Shown: positions 56,522-64,000 of the stretch, piece after piece
Position numbering within the stretch: the first letter of the stretch is position 1
Layout: each line of letters opens with the position of its first letter
Source of the DNA: an uncultured Verrucomicrobiae bacterium
GTDB taxonomy: Bacteria; Verrucomicrobiota; Verrucomicrobiia; Chthoniobacterales; Terrimicrobiaceae
Length of the DNA: 64,000 nt
Reading direction: 5' to 3'
Assembly: GCA_963706955.1 (NCBI GenBank)
Contig: CAVPOC010000006.1
Span: 224,001 to 288,000, forward strand
The notes under the pieces: generated by a model
Databases searched by the model: none
Seen by the model: only the letters and a program-made list of their open reading frames with translations
What the model was told of the DNA's origin: nothing
Made by a program: the position numbers and the translations under genes

Positions 56522-58699
56522 ATGCAATTCATTTTTCGTTTCGTTCGGCTAAGCTCACATGGGCCGGCCATCTCCTCATCTCGTGTATGTTTCGGTTTCG
56601 TCGTGCTCGGGCTCATGCTTGTTTCTCAGCAAACAGCGCGATCTGCGTCGAGCATTGCCGACGGTGCGAGCGTTGAAAAGTTTACCGGCGGTCACACACG
56701 CGCTGTGTGGGTGACAGACGCCCGAAACAAAGACAGCTTTGCTGAAAAAAACCATCTTCAACTGGTTGGTTATGACTCGCGCGACGGAAAAGGCGAGCGG
56801 ATCATCTGTGCCGAGAGGGCAAACTACTACCGGCCTTTAATCACGCCCGATGGCGAACGGATTGTCTTTAGTAACCAGCAAAACCTCACAATCTATGTCG
56901 TCAAGTGGGACGGGTCTCCTCCAAGGCTCTTGAAAGAACCAGGGTGCGCAACCGAAGTTTGGCGTGATCCCCAGACGGGGAAAACGTGGGTCTACTACCA
57001 GGAAAGTGTCCGCGATTTCACAAAGCCTGTCCGACGCTTTCCCATCGACGAGCCCGAGAAAGTCGAGACGGTCTGGTCTTCGTCGATTATCCAAGCCTCG
57101 CCATCATTTCAGCTCTCGCGGGATGGCAAGATGGCTGCTTCGACCTTTCCGTGGCCAAGCTCCGGAGTGGCAGAATTACCCAACGTTGCCTGGCGCAAGC
57201 ACCGAGATGGCTGTTGGCCCTCGATGGCTCCCGACGACAGTTACCTTTCTTGGACTTTTGATGGCCCACATCGAAACCTCTTCATGACGCGAGCAGGAGA
57301 AAAGAACTCCTGGAAGATCGACATCTCCAAGGCGCCTGGGGTGAATGACTATGAAGTCTATCACCCCCGCTGGACCAACGATGTCCGCTACATGGTGATG
57401 ACTGGGCCGTATACGTCCGGTAACAAAAAGATCAAGCTTTGGTCCGGCGCGGACGATGTCGAGATTTACATCGGCAAGTTCAACAAGGAGTTCCGCGACA
57501 TGGAGGCTTGGTTTAGGCTCACTACGTCGCGGACGGGAGAGTTTTTCCCCGACGTGTGGATCGCCGATGGGGAAGACAAGTCGAGTAACTTTAAGTCTCA
57601 CGCGGCGGTACCAGCGGCGGGCAAGCCGAGTTTGGTCCAAACTCTCAGAGCGCTTGTGCCCGAGCAGTACGAGAATACATGGCCCGGCACTAGGAAGGGA
57701 CTATTGTTTGAGTGGCGGGACAACAAGGACAACAATCAGTTCGTCGATGGATCCGGAAAGTCGCGTGACGTGCACTTAAAGGCTGAGGGAGGCGCGCGCT
57801 TTGGGCCCAATGGGGAGATGCACATCCTCGGCGGCGCCTTTGTTCCTGATGGAACCTTCAACAAGGAAATTCGCGACGCGTGTAAGAACTCCGACCAGCT
57901 CGCCATTGAAGCCATCGTGACGACCTCGCGCGTTCCTCAATTCGGACCCGCACGAATTATCAGTCTGTCGCGGAGTCCCGCCAAACGAAATTTCACTTTT
58001 GGTCAGGATGGGGATTCTCTTACCCTCAGGCTACAGACGTCAAATACCAGTCGGAATGGAATGGATTTCAAGCTGGCGTCCATTCAGCCAGGAATTCCTT
58101 ACCATGTGGTCGTTACCTATAAGCCTGGATTACTTGTTTGCTACGTCGACGGCAAGATTGCCAGCCAGACCAGTTTCGAAAAGGGATCTTTCGACAAGTG
58201 GCATGGCAGCAGCTACTCGTTGATCTTCGGAAATGAAGTCGGAGGTGTGCGGCCCTGGGAGGGATACTTGGACAGTGTAGCGATCTATGGCCGATTTATC
58301 GAAGCGCATGAGGCGGCCAAGAAATTCGAGTTGGCCGGCGCACGGATTGCACCACGACCAAAAATTGAGCGAACAGTCGTCAAGGCGGAAATGCTCGACA
58401 AAGTTGATTCGCCGCCGGTGGAAGCAATCACCCCCTATCGAAGGGCCTTGGTCATCAATCGCTATCGGGTGAGGGAAGCCAACGACTCCGCGCTCGTGAA
58501 CCAGACAGTGCAGGTGGCTGAGTGGGCGCTTCTGGATGCGAAAATCCCCATGTCGTACGCGCGTGCTCGGCCCGGTGAAGTCCGCGAGATGAGCCTCGAG
58601 CCGTATGACGCGCATCCTCAGCTCGAAAGCGAACGGCTCGCCAGCGACATGCCTTCACTCGATGAGGAGGTCTATTATAGCGTCAGTTCGGGACACTGA
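56522..58699 (+). CDS. Large secreted protein: TolB-like propeller + LamG/ConA-like domain + C-terminal domain
   Basis: TPDG/SRDG/APDD/HPRW repeats; LamG-like RIISLS...YHVVVTY...YVDG...WEGYLDSVAIY. Start codon uncertain. Confidence 0.75.
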   Translation: MQFIFRFVRLSSHGPAISSSRVCFGFVVLGLMLVSQQTARSASSIADGASVEKFTGGHTRAVWVTDARNKDSFAEKNHLQLVGYDSRDGKGERIICAERANYYRPLITPDGERIVFSNQQNLTIYVVKWDGSPPRLLKEPGCATEVWRDPQTGKTWVYYQESVRDFTKPVRRFPIDEPEKVETVWSSSIIQASPSFQLSRDGKMAASTFPWPSSGVAELPNVAWRKHRDGCWPSMAPDDSYLSWTFDGPHRNLFMTRAGEKNSWKIDISKAPGVNDYEVYHPRWTNDVRYMVMTGPYTSGNKKIKLWSGADDVEIYIGKFNKEFRDMEAWFRLTTSRTGEFFPDVWIADGEDKSSNFKSHAAVPAAGKPSLVQTLRALVPEQYENTWPGTRKGLLFEWRDNKDNNQFVDGSGKSRDVHLKAEGGARFGPNGEMHILGGAFVPDGTFNKEIRDACKNSDQLAIEAIVTTSRVPQFGPARIISLSRSPAKRNFTFGQDGDSLTLRLQTSNTSRNGMDFKLASIQPGIPYHVVVTYKPGLLVCYVDGKIASQTSFEKGSFDKWHGSSYSLIFGNEVGGVRPWEGYLDSVAIYGRFIEAHEAAKKFELAGARIAPRPKIERTVVKAEMLDKVDSPPVEAITPYRRALVINRYRVREANDSALVNQTVQVAEWALLDAKIPMSYARARPGEVREMSLEPYDAHPQLESERLASDMPSLDEEVYYSVSSGH

Positions 58700-58704
58700 G
58701 AGTC

Positions 58705-60180
<1,476 letters not shown>

Positions 60181-60183
60181 GGC

Positions 60184-61896
60184 ATGGCCGACTCTCCCTA
60201 TGCCCGAATGACTCGCGAAGAACTCGCTGAGATTGAGGTCGGCAACACGGCCATCAGTCGCACCACCAGCATTGCGATGGTGGCCGGTTTTGTTCTCACC
60301 ATTGTTGGGGTTCCCTTTGCTCAACATGTAATTGAAATCCGCGCGGGTTTTTTGAAAAGCGGTTCGTGGGTATGGCCGAAGGCTTACGAGGTTCGCGACT
60401 ATCCGCAGCGCGCATGGCTCGAACTGATCGATCCCGGAAATGGTAGTTTATTCCGCCGTTTGCAAGCAGCCAATGGTCAGCTCATGCGAGGTCTTAAGAG
60501 TTACGAAGATGCTTTGGAGGACGATTCCTTCATTACTCTGTCGGCGCTCCCTCATGCGCAGGCTCTCACCGCCCAGTTTCTCGGCCTTGGAAACGAGCAG
60601 GTCTATCTTGGGAGGAACGGTTGGCTATTCTACCAACCGGACGTTGCCTACCTCACCGGGCCTGGATTCTTGAGTCCATCGTGGCAGCGCAGTCGCCTCC
60701 ACAGCACAGAGGAAAGTGGCAGGACGATCCACCCAGACCCGAAAAAGGCGATCATCGAATTTAGAGATCAGCTGCAGGCAAGGGGAATCCGGCTCATTAT
60801 TATGCCGGTTCCTGTCAAGCCAATGATCGAGCCGGAATTCCTATCTCGTGCGTATGATCAGTCCCCGCCGATTCCACTGCAAAATCCATCGTATGGCAAC
60901 TTCCTGAAGAGCTTGGACCATGCGGGAATCGAATATGTCGATGTTTCGAAATCCTTGGTCGAAACGAAACATCTGACGCGTCGCCCGCAGTTCCTGCGCA
61001 CCGATACCCATTGGACACCGGATGCCATGGAGAAATCTGCGGCGCTGCTTGCCGAGAAGATGCGGATGCTCGACCCCCGGGGGACAGATCCTCGCTTCAT
61101 GCTGAGACGATCAACCAAGATGATCGAGGGTCTTGGCGATATTGTCGCCATGCTGAAACTTCCCGTGGCTTCGCGTCTTTATCCGAAAGAAACTGCCACC
61201 ATAAAACCTGTCAGCCAGGAGAACGGCGCACCCTGGGTTCCGGACCAGCGCGCAGACACTCTTATCCTCGGAGACAGTTTCTTTAACATCTTCTCCTTGG
61301 CAGAAATGGGGTGGGGGGCTTCGGCCGGATTCGTGGAGCAACTCAGCTATACATTAGGCAGACCTCTTGATGCGATTTTGCGCAACGATGCTGGCGCTTT
61401 CGCCACCCGCGAGTTGCTCGGCCAGGAACTGGCGCGAGGCCGAGACCGTCTTGCCGGGAAGAGGCTTGTAATTTGGGAGTTCGCCGTGCGCGAGCTGGCG
61501 ACGGGCAACTGGGACTTCGTGCCCATGAAAGTTCCAGCGCTTGCGCCGAAGGATTTTTTGGCGCTCGAATCTGGTGAACGCGATATCGTCCAGGCAACTA
61601 TTAAAAGTTTCGGATCCATTCCGCGACCTGGCAGCACGCCCTACAAAGATTTTCTGACTGCCTTCCACATTGTCGGAATCGGTGGAAATCCCGCGAAGGA
61701 GGCAGTTGTTTATCTCCAAACGATGAAGAATCAGGAACTCACGTCTGCGGCGCGCCTCCGGCCTGGCGATGCCGTCTCTCTCGAACTGACGAGTTGGACC
61801 GATGCCGAACCGCGTTACGGAGCAATCAATCGCAGTGAACTCAATGATGAGAACTTGCTCCTGGAAGAGCCAAACTTTGCCGAGCTGTCTCCATGA
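60184..61896 (+). CDS. AlgJ/AlgX-like SGNH O-acetyltransferase with extra C-terminal domain
   Basis: GRNGWLFY, PVPVK, RTDTHW (DxH) and LGDSF (Ser) motifs. Confidence 0.88.
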   Translation: MADSPYARMTREELAEIEVGNTAISRTTSIAMVAGFVLTIVGVPFAQHVIEIRAGFLKSGSWVWPKAYEVRDYPQRAWLELIDPGNGSLFRRLQAANGQLMRGLKSYEDALEDDSFITLSALPHAQALTAQFLGLGNEQVYLGRNGWLFYQPDVAYLTGPGFLSPSWQRSRLHSTEESGRTIHPDPKKAIIEFRDQLQARGIRLIIMPVPVKPMIEPEFLSRAYDQSPPIPLQNPSYGNFLKSLDHAGIEYVDVSKSLVETKHLTRRPQFLRTDTHWTPDAMEKSAALLAEKMRMLDPRGTDPRFMLRRSTKMIEGLGDIVAMLKLPVASRLYPKETATIKPVSQENGAPWVPDQRADTLILGDSFFNIFSLAEMGWGASAGFVEQLSYTLGRPLDAILRNDAGAFATRELLGQELARGRDRLAGKRLVIWEFAVRELATGNWDFVPMKVPALAPKDFLALESGERDIVQATIKSFGSIPRPGSTPYKDFLTAFHIVGIGGNPAKEAVVYLQTMKNQELTSAARLRPGDAVSLELTSWTDAEPRYGAINRSELNDENLLLEEPNFAELSP

Positions 61897-62843
61897 ACTA
61901 CGTCATCGCCGCCTTGCTAATGGCTGCAGTATCCGTTCACGCAGTTGAGAGCGAATCCATCCTCAACGAGCGACTGAAATCGGCCGAACCCACGAGTGTT
62001 GAGGGAGTGGATGGATGGCGATTTCTGCCGGCAGAGATAAAACATCTTCTGGCCGGCGATCCTTCGAATGACCCAAAAAGGCCCTTTGACGCAATCGTGG
62101 ATTTTAACCAGCAGCTTAAGCAGCTCGGCGTCCGCTTGATCGTGGTCCCTGTCCCCGCCAAGGTGACGATACATCCCGAGTTTTTTGACAAACGATTGGC
62201 GGGAGCGGCCGCCGCCTCATCTCCGGAGGCAGCCTTCTACGAAGCGTTGCGAGCCAAAGGCGTCGACGTTGTCGATCTGACGCAGGACTTTGCCGCCGCC
62301 AAAGCCCAAGGGCCGCTGTATTGTGCGCGCGATTCCCACTGGAACGGCCGCGCAATTGTGCTGGCGGCACAAAAGCTCGCCCCCGAGCTCAAAGGGCTCA
62401 GCGAAGCAAACCTCGAACTGGAGGCGAGAGAGGAGCAGATCGAGATTCAGGGAGATCTCGGCGGTGCCAAGGAGAAAGCGACCGTGCGATTCATCAATCC
62501 CAAAGGTCAGACGGCACGCCTTGAACCGGATCGCGCAAGTCCGATCCTCATCCTGGGCGATAGCTATGTCCTGGTATTTCATGACGGAGGCGATATGCAT
62601 GCGTCCGGAGCGGGGCTTCCTGACCAACTCGCCTTTGAACTCCGTGCTCCCGTCGATATCCTCGGCGTTCGCGGTTCAGGCGCCACACCGGCACGGGTCA
62701 GTCTCGCCCGGCGGGCGCGGGCCAACCCGAACTATCTCTCTAGCAAAAAAGTGGTCATCTGGTGCTTCGGGGTGCGGGAATTGACACAAGCCGAGGCATG
62801 GAAGGCAATATCACTTCTGAAGCCACAAAGCTCGGAACGGTAG
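61893..62843 (+). CDS. Second AlgJ/AlgX-like SGNH protein
   Basis: Signal peptide; GVDGWRF, PVPAK, RDSHW and LGDSY motifs. Confidence 0.88.
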   Translation: MNYVIAALLMAAVSVHAVESESILNERLKSAEPTSVEGVDGWRFLPAEIKHLLAGDPSNDPKRPFDAIVDFNQQLKQLGVRLIVVPVPAKVTIHPEFFDKRLAGAAAASSPEAAFYEALRAKGVDVVDLTQDFAAAKAQGPLYCARDSHWNGRAIVLAAQKLAPELKGLSEANLELEAREEQIEIQGDLGGAKEKATVRFINPKGQTARLEPDRASPILILGDSYVLVFHDGGDMHASGAGLPDQLAFELRAPVDILGVRGSGATPARVSLARRARANPNYLSSKKVVIWCFGVRELTQAEAWKAISLLKPQSSER

Positions 62844-63025
62844 ATTATTTTAAATCAGCGATTTGCCGGCCTATTTTACAGCGATGAAGTAGGCGATGAA
62901 TGTTCTCGCCGACGATCAGGAATGCTCGTGACTGCTCGCAATTCGCTAATGGGAGGCTCGCTAAGGGCGTTGGGCATATCACTTTTGCTTTTCTTTGAAT
63001 AAGCCTGCTTGTTAGCGTCCGCGCC

Positions 63026-63475
63026 GTGGCGAACAATCCGGTCTATTCGTTTTTTGCAACACGGGGCAGCTTTGCCCCATTTTTCCTGAGATTAGCGGTC
63101 GCCGCGATCTTCTTTTATCACGGCGCGCAGAAAACGTTGGGCTGGTTCGCGGGGGAGGGTTGGCAAAAGACTATGGCGCTTTGGACGAGCGCTGAAGGAT
63201 ACAGTCTACCCTACCTTGTGGTCGCCTTCCTTCTGGTTGCGGAACTTGCCGTCTCCTTGGGATTATTGCTTGGTTTTCTCACCCGCCTCGCTGCCCTGGC
63301 GGTGGTCATCATCATGGCGATCGTCCTCATCTTCGTGCATGGAGGCACCACATTCGAGGCGGTGGAATTTCCTTTGGTCTTGTTAGCGGCTGGACTTTCA
63401 CTGCTGATCACCGGGGGAGGTCACCTCTCGCTTGATCGCGCCATCAGCGTGAACCTGCTGCCGCAGGTTGGCTAA
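63026..63475 (+). CDS. DoxX-family membrane protein
   Basis: LRLAVAAIFFYHGAQK...GFLTRLAA...EFPL...GGGHLSLD pattern. Confidence 0.92.
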   Translation: MANNPVYSFFATRGSFAPFFLRLAVAAIFFYHGAQKTLGWFAGEGWQKTMALWTSAEGYSLPYLVVAFLLVAELAVSLGLLLGFLTRLAALAVVIIMAIVLIFVHGGTTFEAVEFPLVLLAAGLSLLITGGGHLSLDRAISVNLLPQVG

Positions 63476-63532
63476 GCGGAACGATAGCCGTTGACTGCAT
63501 GACACTTCCGCGCATAATTCTGCGGAAGTCTC

Positions 63533-63606
63533 GCGGGTATAGCTTAATGGTAAAGTTCCTGCCTTCCAAGCAGGCCACGCGGGTTCGATTCCCGCTACCC
63601 GCTCCA
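63533..63606 (+). tRNA. tRNA-Gly(TCC) with encoded CCA
   Basis: GCGGGTA/TACCCGC acceptor, CCTGC-CTTCCAA-GCAGG anticodon arm, GCGGG-TTCGATT-CCCGC T arm, T-CCA. Confidence 0.97.
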
Positions 63607-63819
63607 TCATTCTACATAAGGGACCTCTGTCGTGTTGAGTCGAAATTATTACGGTAGTTGCCCGCTCGGATACATTACGGAAAATTAGGTCCATAGTCTG
63701 GATTGGCACGAATTTGTTTGCTCATCCTCGCTAGCTTGAGGCTTGGTAACCAGTTCAAGTGCTTGCTTGCCCCGGGCAAGTATCCATGGTGTGCTTCCGA
63801 ACTTGGAGAAAATCACTAA

Positions 63820-64000
63820 ATGAATTCAACGAAAACACTCCTTGCGGGCGCAGCTGTTGTCGGGCTTATAACTGGATCAATGGGCGTCCGCGCCTTTGCA
63901 GCCGGCGAACCAACTCCAGCTGGAGCTTTACTGCAGACCATGGGGGAAAAGCACGCCTGCAAGGGACAAAACTCGTGTCGAGGTCAAGGCGGCTGCCAGT
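63820..64000 (+). CDS. Partial secreted Cys-rich peptide, bufferin (BufA2)-like MNIO RiPP precursor candidate
   Basis: RBS GGAG at 63805; MNSTKTLLAGAAVVGLITGSMGVRAFAAGEPTPAGALLQTMGEKHACKGQNSCRGQGGCQ... runs off the window. Confidence 0.7.
   Translation, partial: MNSTKTLLAGAAVVGLITGSMGVRAFAAGEPTPAGALLQTMGEKHACKGQNSCRGQGGCQ

Noticed and set aside
63703..63722. Sigma54 promoter TTGGCACGAATTTGTTTGCT before the Cys-rich ORF
   Set aside because: The -24 box is perfect but GG-N10-GC spacing is not met; could be an indel error but cannot be supported.

Overview
64-kb bacterial chromosomal window. Gene content and protein families suggest Verrucomicrobiota (Spartobacteria/Chthoniobacterales-like); this is inference, not a database result. 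Many essential genes (dnaK, groES, thiE and others) carry single-base frameshifts, which I read as long-read/MAG indel errors. Backbone: dnaK-groES-groEL, HerA-like ATPase, thiE, NTP-transferase, recN, PhnP-like MBL, two PilT/PilU ATPases, DEAD-box helicase, thiS/thiH, avtA, gatA/gatC, gpsA/plsY, msrB, a MacB-like exporter, an AlgI/AlgJ-like O-acylation cluster, doxX and tRNA-Gly. Main observations: (1) The host tRNA-Val(CAC) gene is split at its anticodon arm. The 5' half is at 23911-23947 and the 3' half at 29783-29828, with an 11-bp core duplicated. The ~5.8-kb integrase-less island between them carries its own complete, different tRNA-Val(CAC) (25136-25207) and nested ISL3/IS256 elements. 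(2) A nitrogen-scavenging locus has a TM-less Cache-LuxR regulator, a class I GATase, a sigma54-type promoter, an ABC importer and an allophanate hydrolase whose two domains are separate genes with a kinase/REC/PP2C/STAS cassette between them. (3) A Cys-rich bufferin/MNIO-type RiPP precursor ORF runs off the right edge and is missed by the ORF track.
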